The notes below the pieces were generated by a model, which was not told where the DNA came from, searched no databases, and was given only the letters and a program-made list of their open reading frames with translations. 64,000 bases of DNA from Candidatus Babeliales bacterium (GTDB lineage: Bacteria; Babelota; Babeliae; Babelales; JANWKD01), in contig OY969622.1 in the NCBI GenBank assembly GCA_963701665.1, forward strand, positions 288,001 through 352,000, given 5' to 3'. The translations under genes and the position numbers were made by a program. This document shows positions 50,562 to 59,675 of this stretch, piece after piece. Numbering within the stretch: position 1 is the stretch's first letter; each line of letters starts with the position of its first letter.

Positions 50562-50751
50562 ATTGCGAGCGCAAGCGTGGCAATCCAATTATAAAATTAG
50601 TTCCTTTAAGGAATTAATTAAAGTTTGGATCCCCACGGCTAACGCCTCGGGATGACATGCCGGTATTCATTGCGCTAATTAGAAGTTACAACTTCAGTCC
50701 GTGACAAAATGTCACGACCTCACTTGCCTCTGAAATTAAGCGATGCTTGTA

Positions 50752-52248
50752 TCAACTCGGATATACTTTCAAATTTGTTGCAGATAGATAGGGATTAATT
50801 TCTGGATTTTGTAATTCAGCAATAGTCGAGCAACAAGCTGCAGCAGGATCGCCTGAAGCAGTAAGTGCGCCAACCCAATATTCGTTGCCGGGATATGAAT
50901 TGCCATCCCATGCATAACAAGCAACTAATAATTTACCAGCATCATGCCCTTTTAATGGGTCTGCGGGATTTCTTTGAGAAAAGTGTATCGTAATTGCATT
51001 AGTATGTGTCTTGAAGATACCACCATTTTTAACCTCACCGAATGAATGTATATAGTCAGGAAACCAGATGAAATTGAGATCCGAAATATATGATAAATCA
51101 TGGTGCTTTATAATATCTGCATAGGTGTCGATCATCAATTGCCATTGTTCATTAATTATTCTCCATACACCAAGGCCAAGACCGACGACTTGCACATAGG
51201 CCCGCTTACCTTGTTGTTGAGCGCGTTTATGTGCATCCAATAAAAAAGGCTCGAGTACTAATTTTAGACGTTCTTTATATACAAAACTGTCGAAATATTT
51301 TTTGCCTCCTTCAAAAGGAATGTATCTTCCTGAAGTATCCTGTTGTGCTTGTTCATACGTAGGAAAACTAAAACCATAGAGCGTAGACCATAAAGCAAGA
51401 GCTTTGTTCGATGTATTGCCCATACCGTAACCATGATTTTGAATATTTTGCTCAGGCGTAATAATTATGTGTTGCCATTCCATTAAGCCCTGTCTTTCAA
51501 ATCGTGCACCAACTAAACCGGCATAAATGCCTTTGGGTTCATAAGTTCCTGGTAATCCCGGCTGAGCTTTATTGTTTCGATCGCCATTATTAATGAAATA
51601 GGTTGGTACTGATACACCAAGAAGTGCCGCAATTTGCATTTCGTCATATGAAAGATAATCAGAAAGAATTAATGGTGGCTGTTCATGATTCGTTCCTATT
51701 GCTTCAAAGCCGCCCGCTCCTTGTGTATACCCATCTCTTAAAAGATAAGTATCAGCCGCCGTCATAAACATTAATGGACGCTTTGTAAGAAGGCGTTCAA
51801 CAAATGCTATATGATCCATCGTTGCATATAAACCTTTTTCTTTCTGAGTACCATGCTGTCGTTTGAAATTCAAAAAATTATGAATGAGCGTTACAGTTTT
51901 TTGATGTAGTAAAGGATAGGTGGAGCGCGCTTGTTCAACTATTTCAGTTTGTTTATGTATATCATGTGCTGCAATTGCGTTAATTCTATTTGCATGGGTG
52001 GGAAAAAGTGATTTTTTGCCTTTTTTAACTGCTTTTTTATCAAAATATTCAGAATTTTTTACGAATGCGAGAAATTCATGATTAACAGTAGATTTAGGAG
52101 GAACTTTTGCTGATGGTTTTTTTAAAACCAGTAAACTGTTATGCAGGGAATCGAGAGTTGAGTGCAAGCTTGTTAATTCTTCTGCTAGATGTGCTAGCAT
52201 CATTCTGCATATAACAAGACAGGCTATCATTAATAAAATTTTTTTCAT
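50752..52248 (-). CDS. Secreted DUF4804/MavL-like macrodomain protein
   Basis: RLLTKRPLMF, DYLSYDEMQIAALLGVS..T.FIN.G.R.N, VGARFE, GLGLGVW, YAWDGNSYPGNEYW, ASGDPAAACCSTI. Confidence 0.75.
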   Translation of the reverse strand: MKKILLMIACLVICRMMLAHLAEELTSLHSTLDSLHNSLLVLKKPSAKVPPKSTVNHEFLAFVKNSEYFDKKAVKKGKKSLFPTHANRINAIAAHDIHKQTEIVEQARSTYPLLHQKTVTLIHNFLNFKRQHGTQKEKGLYATMDHIAFVERLLTKRPLMFMTAADTYLLRDGYTQGAGGFEAIGTNHEQPPLILSDYLSYDEMQIAALLGVSVPTYFINNGDRNNKAQPGLPGTYEPKGIYAGLVGARFERQGLMEWQHIIITPEQNIQNHGYGMGNTSNKALALWSTLYGFSFPTYEQAQQDTSGRYIPFEGGKKYFDSFVYKERLKLVLEPFLLDAHKRAQQQGKRAYVQVVGLGLGVWRIINEQWQLMIDTYADIIKHHDLSYISDLNFIWFPDYIHSFGEVKNGGIFKTHTNAITIHFSQRNPADPLKGHDAGKLLVACYAWDGNSYPGNEYWVGALTASGDPAAACCSTIAELQNPEINPYLSATNLKVYPS

Positions 52249-52452
52249 GGTATCCTCCGCAACTATTTTAGCATTAAAATTAAAAAAGTTTAAGTTAGGC
52301 TATTGATTAATCTATTGTTTTTATACAAATAGAAAAAAATAAAAGAGGGTACGGGTCGTTCTTTTTACATATTTTTGTATCATTGATCATTGGATTTTTC
52401 TATTTTATCATAACTATGCCAATAAAAAGCAATTATTAAAAAAGGATTTCTC

Positions 52453-52851
52453 ATGAGTAAAGAATTACATCATGTTTTTAAAGCAATCAAAGAACATAAA
52501 TTAGATCAGGTTAAGGTAGCTATAAAAAATGATCAATCATTAGCAAACACCAAAGATGATAAAGGGCATACAGCTCTTAGTATCGCAGCAGAATGTGGCA
52601 CAACGGGCATTATTGACTATCTGCTCAAGCATGGTGCACATATCAACCACCAAGTTCCTCCACACTCATATACGCCGCTTATAATTGCAATACGCGCAGG
52701 AAAAGCCGATATCGTAAAATATCTCCTTGATAGTGGCGCTGACTTTCGGTGTAATGATGATCAAGGCAAGGATGCTTTATGGCATGCTCAACAACAAAAG
52801 CAGCAGGATATTATTGCTCTTCTACAAAATGCTGCAGGAACAAAATTTTAA
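52453..52851 (+). CDS. Ankyrin-repeat protein
   Basis: GHTALSIAA...LLKHGAHIN, YTPLIIAI...LLDSGAD. Confidence 0.9.
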   Translation: MSKELHHVFKAIKEHKLDQVKVAIKNDQSLANTKDDKGHTALSIAAECGTTGIIDYLLKHGAHINHQVPPHSYTPLIIAIRAGKADIVKYLLDSGADFRCNDDQGKDALWHAQQQKQQDIIALLQNAAGTKF

Positions 52852-52880
52852 CATCGGCTTTACATCAAGATGAGAAACGC

Positions 52881-53765
52881 ATGAAGCAAAGGATTTTTTG
52901 GCTATTGTTTTTTAGCATACTTTTTTATCGGCACCTTTCAGCCGTATCAATTGTCTACAACTTTAGAATAGCACAAATCACCAAGCAGCCGCTTGCAGAA
53001 AACGAGCGTGATCAGAGGCTTGCTATTATTCTTCCTTTCGATCAGTTTCAAAAAAAGCATTATGGTGTTTTTCAAAATTTTGCGGGAGCGCTTGGTGCAT
53101 GTATTTACGGCGTAGAATCTTTTTATGCACGCGCTGATTTTGCGTTCTCATATATAAAAGAAACATTTGATCACATGACGACGTTCACCGGTATACAAAC
53201 TGATGATCTTCTGTTTACGGCGGGTTATAACTTTAAACAAGAACACGGACGTATTACATTGTCAGGATTATTTGGCGTGCCAACGCATCGGATTGTTGAG
53301 CTCAAACATGTTGCATTTGGCTACAGTCAAGTTGGTTTGGGTCTTCAAGTTGATGGTGCGGTTAATTTTGAGGATGAACGAGCGTTTCTTTATGGCGCGC
53401 GTTATATTTATTTTGTCCCTCGCCATGCTAACGATGATGTTGGCGTAAAGCATAAATTTACGGTAGGGCAAACGGTAGATTTACTTGCCGCGTATAAAAA
53501 AAATTGGCCGGTGCATGGGATTGAATTTGGGTATACTGCGCGCTTTTTCTTTGCTGCTTCAGTGCAGCCTCCTTTTGATGATGAAGTAAAAAGATTAAAT
53601 TATATTCGTAGCAACTTTTACACCGTATATAAATACAGGTTCTATATTCATGAACATCCTCAACGGTTACTCTTTAACGTTTCCTATGGATTTGATCACA
53701 CACCAAAACATTTTGGTAACAAATATATTGTGACTATCTGGGGTTCGTGGAATATAAGTTTTTAA
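52881..53765 (+). CDS. Hypothetical outer-membrane beta-barrel-like protein
   Basis: Signal peptide, alternating aromatic strands, C-terminal WNISF. Confidence 0.6.
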   Translation: MKQRIFWLLFFSILFYRHLSAVSIVYNFRIAQITKQPLAENERDQRLAIILPFDQFQKKHYGVFQNFAGALGACIYGVESFYARADFAFSYIKETFDHMTTFTGIQTDDLLFTAGYNFKQEHGRITLSGLFGVPTHRIVELKHVAFGYSQVGLGLQVDGAVNFEDERAFLYGARYIYFVPRHANDDVGVKHKFTVGQTVDLLAAYKKNWPVHGIEFGYTARFFFAASVQPPFDDEVKRLNYIRSNFYTVYKYRFYIHEHPQRLLFNVSYGFDHTPKHFGNKYIVTIWGSWNISF

Positions 53766-53788
53766 TGGCAACAGCGAAAGGGAATGCG

Positions 53789-54208
53789 ATGTTTCAAAAA
53801 TTTCTTATCAGTTTGTGCTGTGTACTAGCACCTATGATGGTATACCAAGATCTTCGTGCTACGAGCGGGAAGAAAAAAGATACTTCGCTGCAGCAAATGA
53901 GTGAAAGTAGTAAAGTAACGAGCAAAAAGAAATATCGAAATAAGAAAAAAAAGAAATCAATCATACTAGAGGAAGATGCTACAGCGCCAGAGCAGGATGA
54001 TGATGCTTGTGAAGAGATGTGTATCATGGTGCCAGCATTAGGTTTTGGTACGTTAGCGGTGCACGCATCATTTGCTACTGAATTCGATTCGGAAGATGCC
54101 GATCATTTGGGGGCTGGAATGGGAGGAGCCTTTGTAGGTGCTGCCATTGGAAAAGGGGCACATACGTGCTATAGATGGTGCTTCCCTAAAAAAGAAAAGC
54201 AAGATTAA
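53789..54208 (+). CDS. Secreted/membrane hypothetical protein with Lys-rich segment
   Basis: Signal-like N-terminus; SKKKYRNKKKKKS; two Gly-rich hydrophobic segments. Confidence 0.65.
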   Translation: MFQKFLISLCCVLAPMMVYQDLRATSGKKKDTSLQQMSESSKVTSKKKYRNKKKKKSIILEEDATAPEQDDDACEEMCIMVPALGFGTLAVHASFATEFDSEDADHLGAGMGGAFVGAAIGKGAHTCYRWCFPKKEKQD

Positions 54209-54310
54209 GATTATTGCACAAGTGAGTTTTTGCAATTTTTGTATTTCTAATTTTTACATTTGATGCTACTATTGTAAAAAAAATTCACCGCATACTTAAA
54301 GGATCACATC

Positions 54311-54943
54311 ATGGTAAAAAAAATTGTTCTCATGCTTTCTTTAGCAGTAATAGGAACAGCCAAGCCCTTTTCTCTCGATAACATGTTGAAGGGTTTGTTC
54401 CCGGCTGCACTATTTAAGCAATTGCGTGAAGACCAAAAAGAAGCCTTCTTAAACCTTGAAAATAATGTTGATGATGTTGATGTTAACATTACTACGCATT
54501 ATAATTGGCGCCATGATGAATATCACACAAGTTATAACTATCAATTTGCAACACCTGAAGCGAGAGCAACATTCTGGAATTATCAAACTGCCGAACAAGC
54601 ACTCAACAGCCAGCTCATGATTACGACATTAGGTGACGGCTTTATTCTTGGCGCACTCGTTGCATGTTTAAATAAAGCATTGAAAGGCGATCGTTTTAAT
54701 AAAAAAGCGATCGTTGCAACTATCGCTGCTGCACTCGGTATAGTGCTCTATCAAAATAAGAAACTTGGCAAAACCCCTTACTTTGATGCCGGATTGAATA
54801 AATGGGATAATCAATTTGAGAATGTAAGTTTTTATACGGTCGGCAGAGTTTTGAGTGCACTTGCTGCAGCAAGCGCGAGCTATCTTGGTACTGATTACGC
54901 ACTTTCACGCGCTGCGCAGATAGTTCAGGATGTGCGTTCCTAA
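54311..54943 (+). CDS. Secreted/membrane hypothetical protein
   Basis: AAGGA RBS, signal peptide, hydrophobic segments. Confidence 0.7.
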   Translation: MVKKIVLMLSLAVIGTAKPFSLDNMLKGLFPAALFKQLREDQKEAFLNLENNVDDVDVNITTHYNWRHDEYHTSYNYQFATPEARATFWNYQTAEQALNSQLMITTLGDGFILGALVACLNKALKGDRFNKKAIVATIAAALGIVLYQNKKLGKTPYFDAGLNKWDNQFENVSFYTVGRVLSALAAASASYLGTDYALSRAAQIVQDVRS

Positions 54944-54964
54944 AAAATAAAAAAAATTCGCAAT

Positions 54965-55004
54965 AAAAAAAACTGGCACTTTTCAAAAGAGTGCCAGTTT
55001 TTTT
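54965..55004. terminator. Bidirectional terminator
   Basis: aaaaaaaactggcact...agtgccagttttttt between convergent genes. Confidence 0.85.
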
Positions 55005-55040
55005 ATTGCAGCTCAATGATAGATAATTTTTAGAAGAATT

Positions 55041-55397
55041 TTATGGCAGCGTGACCCATATAAGCAATCCACACAGCACGAGAAGTGGCAATACAACAAG
55101 TATAAATCCCAATCGCGAGCTTTTATAGCTTTTTGCGAGTCGTAACTTATTGCGCATATTTTTATAATCAATCGATGATAAAACAATCAACAAGCAGCCC
55201 CAAAGAATCAGCGTTTCTCCAATAATATGTGCTATTATTCTATGAGTATCGCTTTTAAAACTGATTAATCTGAGAATGGCCATTCCTCCTGCCATTGCAG
55301 TGAGTGCTGTTCTTAGCCAAGCAGAAAAAGTACGCTCTAAGGCAAGTAATGTGCGTTCTTCTGCTAATACTAGATTGTTCATTTCTTCATTTTCCAT
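55041..55397 (-). CDS. DUF202 (YidH-like) membrane protein
   Basis: LAEERTLLALERTFSAWLRTAL. Confidence 0.88.
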   Translation of the reverse strand: MENEEMNNLVLAEERTLLALERTFSAWLRTALTAMAGGMAILRLISFKSDTHRIIAHIIGETLILWGCLLIVLSSIDYKNMRNKLRLAKSYKSSRLGFILVVLPLLVLCGLLIWVTLP

Positions 55398-55409
55398 TTT
55401 TCGCTCACT

Positions 55410-56366
55410 TCATTTCTTATTAAATACATCAGACATTATTTTATTTGCTGCTGTAATGATTGCTCGTATGGCAGGAGCTTGTGTAATAGCATTTATTAAA
55501 AGACAATCATGAATCACGCCAAGCGTACGGAATGCTGCAACAGGAACGCCTGCTTGCATAAGTTTGCGCGCGTACGCTTCACCTTCATCACGTAACACGT
55601 CATTTTCATTAACAAAAATTAACGCGGGTGGTAACTTTTTAAGTTGGTCAAATGAAGCTTGCAATGGCGAGGCTAAATGTTTTTTTCTATCTGCTTTGTT
55701 CGGAACGTACGCATCCCAAAACCATTCCATGGCAGGTTTTGTAAGCCAAGGCCCATCGGCAAATTGTTTATAGGAAGGTGTATTAAAATTTGCATCGGTT
55801 GTCGGATAAAAAAGAACTTGCATTTTGAATTGTGGTCCGCCGCGTTCTTGTGCCATCATTGCTATTGCCGTTGCCATAAGGCCACCAACACTGTCGCCAG
55901 CAATTATCATACGCGAACTATCAATATTAAGTTCCTTACTCTGTTCTTTAGCCCATTGAGCAGCAGCATATCCTTGCTCGTGCGCTACCGGATATTGGCC
56001 TTCTGGCGCAGGCGTATAATCTACGAATACCACCACAGCTTGGGTGCCATGGGCAATTTCACGGACTAATCGATCATGCGTGTTTTTATTACCCAGTACC
56101 CAACCGCCGCCGTGTATATAAATAATGACGGGCAAAGCTTGTGTTGCGCCTTTCGGACGTACGATACGTAGGTTAATAGGTCCATGTGGTCCCGTGATTG
56201 TACGATCTTCACTTTCGGTGTTCTTTGTGTCAACAGGTCCTTTTTGCAAATCATCAAGAAGTTTACGTGCATCTGCATACGAAAGTTTGTATAAAGGTTT
56301 GCCACCTTGTTTGGCAAGTGCATCTAAAAATTTTTGGATAATTGGATCTAAAATTAAGGTACTCAT
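55410..56366 (-). CDS. Alpha/beta hydrolase, hormone-sensitive lipase/esterase family
   Basis: HGGGWVLG, GDSVGG, ENDVLRDEGEAYA, GVIHD. Confidence 0.92.
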   Translation of the reverse strand: MSTLILDPIIQKFLDALAKQGGKPLYKLSYADARKLLDDLQKGPVDTKNTESEDRTITGPHGPINLRIVRPKGATQALPVIIYIHGGGWVLGNKNTHDRLVREIAHGTQAVVVFVDYTPAPEGQYPVAHEQGYAAAQWAKEQSKELNIDSSRMIIAGDSVGGLMATAIAMMAQERGGPQFKMQVLFYPTTDANFNTPSYKQFADGPWLTKPAMEWFWDAYVPNKADRKKHLASPLQASFDQLKKLPPALIFVNENDVLRDEGEAYARKLMQAGVPVAAFRTLGVIHDCLLINAITQAPAIRAIITAANKIMSDVFNKK

Positions 56367-56503
56367 AGTATTCACAAAACCTTCACAATAAGTTATCGAA
56401 TATTTTACTTATTTGGCACTATAGAAAAAAGATATATTGAAATGCAAGAACGTAATTTTCCAGATTATGAACAGGGTATGATAAAAAAAGAAGTAGATGC
56501 TTT

Positions 56504-57049
56504 ATGAAAAAAGTTTTACGAGTATTTACCGTTGGACACTCAACCAGATCGATAGAAGATTTTTTAGAGCTACTCAAACATTACACTATTAATGAACTTG
56601 TTGATATTCGCACAATCCCAAAATCACGGCATAATCCACAATTTAGTGGTGAAGAATTAGCACATGTTTTGAGAAATCATCATATTGGTTATCGTCATCA
56701 AAAAAATTTGGGCGGCTTGCGGCATGCTCATGCTGATTCGATTAACACGGCTTGGCATAATGCTTCATTTCGCGGATTTGCAGATTATATGCAAACGGAA
56801 GAATTTAAGGATGGCATAAAAGAGCTTATTGAAATTGCACATAAAAAAACGGTAGTAATTATGTGCGCCGAGGCTGTTCCTTGGCGATGCCATCGATCTT
56901 TGATTGGCGATGCTTTGTTAGTGCAAGGAGTGGATGTTGAAGATATTTATAGCATAACATCAAGTAAGCCTCATACATTGACCCCTTGGGCTAAAGTGCA
57001 GGGCACAACAGTCACATACCCCGCAACGGAGGATATATCTAATGGCTAA
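56504..57049 (+). CDS. DUF488 family protein
   Basis: FTVGHSTR, VDIRTIPKSR, LGGLR, FRGFADYM, MCAEAVPWRCHRSLI. Confidence 0.9.
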   Translation: MKKVLRVFTVGHSTRSIEDFLELLKHYTINELVDIRTIPKSRHNPQFSGEELAHVLRNHHIGYRHQKNLGGLRHAHADSINTAWHNASFRGFADYMQTEEFKDGIKELIEIAHKKTVVIMCAEAVPWRCHRSLIGDALLVQGVDVEDIYSITSSKPHTLTPWAKVQGTTVTYPATEDISNG

Positions 57050-57128
57050 AAATTTTAAAGTTGGCGATCTTGTAGAATGGAATTCCCCAAGCGAGGAGAG
57101 TACAATGTTACAAAAATTATTTTTGTGA
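57042..57128 (+). pseudogene. Truncated DUF2945-like gene fragment
   Basis: GGAGG RBS; MAKNFKVGDLVEWNS matches DUF2945 N-termini, then the frame ends after 28 aa. Confidence 0.55.
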
Positions 57129-57785
57129 TGTTGAAGTTAGATTTTGCCTAAAATTTACGAGTACTTTTTTTCTTGCGGTGTACCAGGTATTTGATGGTTT
57201 TAAGTGCCTTATATCTTCGACACAGCCCTTGGAATAAGGGCATCCTTCTTCTTGCATATGTTCTTGATAGGATGGACTTTTTAGATAAAAACCAATGCTA
57301 GGCACGGGCATGGTAGGTTTCTCTAGTATTTCTTCAGCCCAAGGTAGTTGTTCTAGGCGTATTTTATTAAATTCTTCTGATTGTGCTACTACGCACTTTA
57401 TTGCATGGAAAAAAGGTTTAAATTCTAAGTAATGTATTATTCTATGGATTATTATTTTTGGATCATCATAACATACAGCATCCTGAAATGTTCTAATGTA
57501 ATGTCGTGCAAACCATTCAACAGCAGTTTTAAAGTACTCATTCTTTTCAGTAGAATCGGGTTGCGGAATGAGATCTCCGTTAGTATCTAAATAGCCGCCC
57601 TGTTTTAGATGTGCCACTATAACATGCTCTATATCTTCTATATGCCCATTGTTTGCAAGTACCAAATATGCAGGCAAAATTTCGTGGCTTTCATTTTTTG
57701 TATAATACTCTTCCATTGATAGTGCAGGAAGAAAACTAAAGAATAAAATGAGTGATAGAATTTGAGAACGTGCATGTTGTATCAT
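57117..57785 (-). CDS. Secreted hypothetical protein
   Basis: TAAGGA RBS; signal peptide ending ALS-MEE. Confidence 0.7.
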   Translation of the reverse strand: MIQHARSQILSLILFFSFLPALSMEEYYTKNESHEILPAYLVLANNGHIEDIEHVIVAHLKQGGYLDTNGDLIPQPDSTEKNEYFKTAVEWFARHYIRTFQDAVCYDDPKIIIHRIIHYLEFKPFFHAIKCVVAQSEEFNKIRLEQLPWAEEILEKPTMPVPSIGFYLKSPSYQEHMQEEGCPYSKGCVEDIRHLKPSNTWYTARKKVLVNFRQNLTSTSQK

Positions 57786-58083
57786 ACTATTCCTTATTTA
57801 AAAATATATTTTGAACAAGAATGTACGGCTTTTACCGGAGCAAGTCAACTTTAGCGACTCGCCAAAATAGTTAGGATGACGAGAATAATGCTAAATGCAT
57901 CATGCCTTTAAAATTACTTGATTCGTTACCATACTTATAGTACGGTAACGAAAAAATAACAAAAACGTAACAAGCCTAAAGGAGTCGCATGTAAAAAAGA
58001 AAGCGAGTGCTCGGAGAATTTGACGTATCGACCATGTTTGGTTGGCGTTGAGCGTAATGATTAAAAAAATAAAAGGAAGTTTT

Positions 58084-59427
58084 ATGTTTATGAAGAAATC
58101 TTTTAGCAAGGCCCCAGCATTGACAACGTTATCGTTGCTATCTGTGTTGGCAATGCCATTTTATGTATATGCAAATGGCTATGAAGTTCAAGCAGAATTC
58201 ACCGGAACACCAACTTTAACCAGTCCTCCGCCTAATGCTGATGAGTTCGGCGTGACTGTTGCTATACCAAATGACGAGCTGGTTGTTGTAGGAGCACCCG
58301 GAGCTACGCCAGATGGACTACCGCAAGCTGGAGCTGTTTATTTTTTTGACAGGGACGGAAACACATGGTCACCTTCTCAGACGCCGTATACAAATCCTAA
58401 TGCAGGTAATCTTGTAGCCGATGTTGTTATTGCCGCGCGGGACCAATGGTTATTTGTACCTGCCAATGGAACGCCCTTAAATCAACCAAATCCTCAGCTG
58501 AAAGATTATTCGGGTGCGATTTTAGTCTTCCAACTTAACGAAGAAAACAATGAATATCAACTCGTTCAAACAATATTCAATCCTGATGGAACGATTGATG
58601 ACAGCTTCTTTGGTTTTAACTTAAGCTATAACGGCGGAGACTGGATGGTCGCAGGAGGCGTCAATGTCTCTAAAGCCTATTTTTTCAAGCTGAACAGTTG
58701 GACAAACCAATGGGAATTTAAACAATCAGTGTCAGTAATAGGTAATACTATGACAACGGGATACGTATTCCCATGCATCTTTGGTACACATGCCTTAATC
58801 TCACAAGTAATTCCTTCAATTCCGAACGCCCAATCTAATGGCGCTGTATTTGCTTATGAACTCGATGGCACTCAATGGAATTATACCCAAACGCTCGCTG
58901 GAATAGATACTGAATTTTCAATAACATATACCTGTTATGACGCTTATGGTGAGTTCATCGCTATCAGTGGTTACAATGCTATGGTGAGTGCGCCTCAAGA
59001 TACAGATACTGCTCCGGGGAGTCACCAGGTAGCTGGAGCTGTATACTTTTATAGTTTACATAATGGACAGTGGCAGCTCAATGCCAAAGTGTTATCGGAT
59101 CAGCCTAGCACTCTGTTTGGATTTGGTTTAGCTATCGATGGCGACACTGCTGTCATTGGAGATTGCGGTCGAAAGGTGAATCACAATATCTATCAAGGAG
59201 CACTTAAAGTGTACCAAAAACAAGGGAATACATGGATACCATCATCATTGCTTATTGATCCGAATGGAAGAGCTTATGATTTCTTTGGCGGTGGCGGCGT
59301 TGACATTAACGCTGGCTACATAATGGGTGGAGACGATACATTTTCTACTACCTATTTCCCAGCGACTTTCCCCGGCAAAAATAATAACCCATTCAATAAT
59401 GGAAGAGCTGTATTATACAGTAACTAA
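58084..59427 (+). CDS. Secreted FG-GAP/integrin-alpha-like beta-propeller protein
   Basis: FGVTVAI...VVGAPG...AGAVYFF repeats; FGFGLAIDGDTAVIG. Confidence 0.82.
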   Translation: MFMKKSFSKAPALTTLSLLSVLAMPFYVYANGYEVQAEFTGTPTLTSPPPNADEFGVTVAIPNDELVVVGAPGATPDGLPQAGAVYFFDRDGNTWSPSQTPYTNPNAGNLVADVVIAARDQWLFVPANGTPLNQPNPQLKDYSGAILVFQLNEENNEYQLVQTIFNPDGTIDDSFFGFNLSYNGGDWMVAGGVNVSKAYFFKLNSWTNQWEFKQSVSVIGNTMTTGYVFPCIFGTHALISQVIPSIPNAQSNGAVFAYELDGTQWNYTQTLAGIDTEFSITYTCYDAYGEFIAISGYNAMVSAPQDTDTAPGSHQVAGAVYFYSLHNGQWQLNAKVLSDQPSTLFGFGLAIDGDTAVIGDCGRKVNHNIYQGALKVYQKQGNTWIPSSLLIDPNGRAYDFFGGGGVDINAGYIMGGDDTFSTTYFPATFPGKNNNPFNNGRAVLYSN

Positions 59428-59458
59428 AAACATCATTGGATGTAATGTATAATTAACT

Positions 59459-59506
59459 TCAGAGAGGTCTTTTGTAGTGAAATAATTCCTATAGAGGCCT
59501 CTCTGA
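59459..59506. terminator. Hairpin downstream of the FG-GAP gene
   Basis: tcagagaggtctt...gaggcctctctga. Confidence 0.55.
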
Positions 59507-59541
59507 CACTTTTAAGTTAAAATCAGGCCCGATCGGATATT

Positions 59542-59591
59542 GATTTCAGGTTACAACACATCTAGACGGTGTTTCGATCGTTTAATATCAC
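59542..59591 (+). repeat. att-like direct repeat, copy 1 (partial)
   Basis: gatttcaggttacaacacatctagacggtgtttcgatcgtttaatatcac matches the cores of 61802-61885 and 62821-62904. Confidence 0.8.
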
Positions 59592-59675
59592 TGGGTATAC
59601 CCGGTTGACAGACCCTATCTTTTCCTATATTATTAATTCTAATAGAATATTTACTTAATTAAGGGGCGCTTTGGG

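Larger units (their letters stand above)
49360..50657 (+). repeat. Nested palindromic element, copy E, interrupted by IS481-family element
   Basis: tattggaaacaaaattgtcattgc ends at 49383 and resumes attgcgagcgcaagcgtggcaatcc...cctcgggatgaca at 50562-50657; core identical to copy B. Confidence 0.85.
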
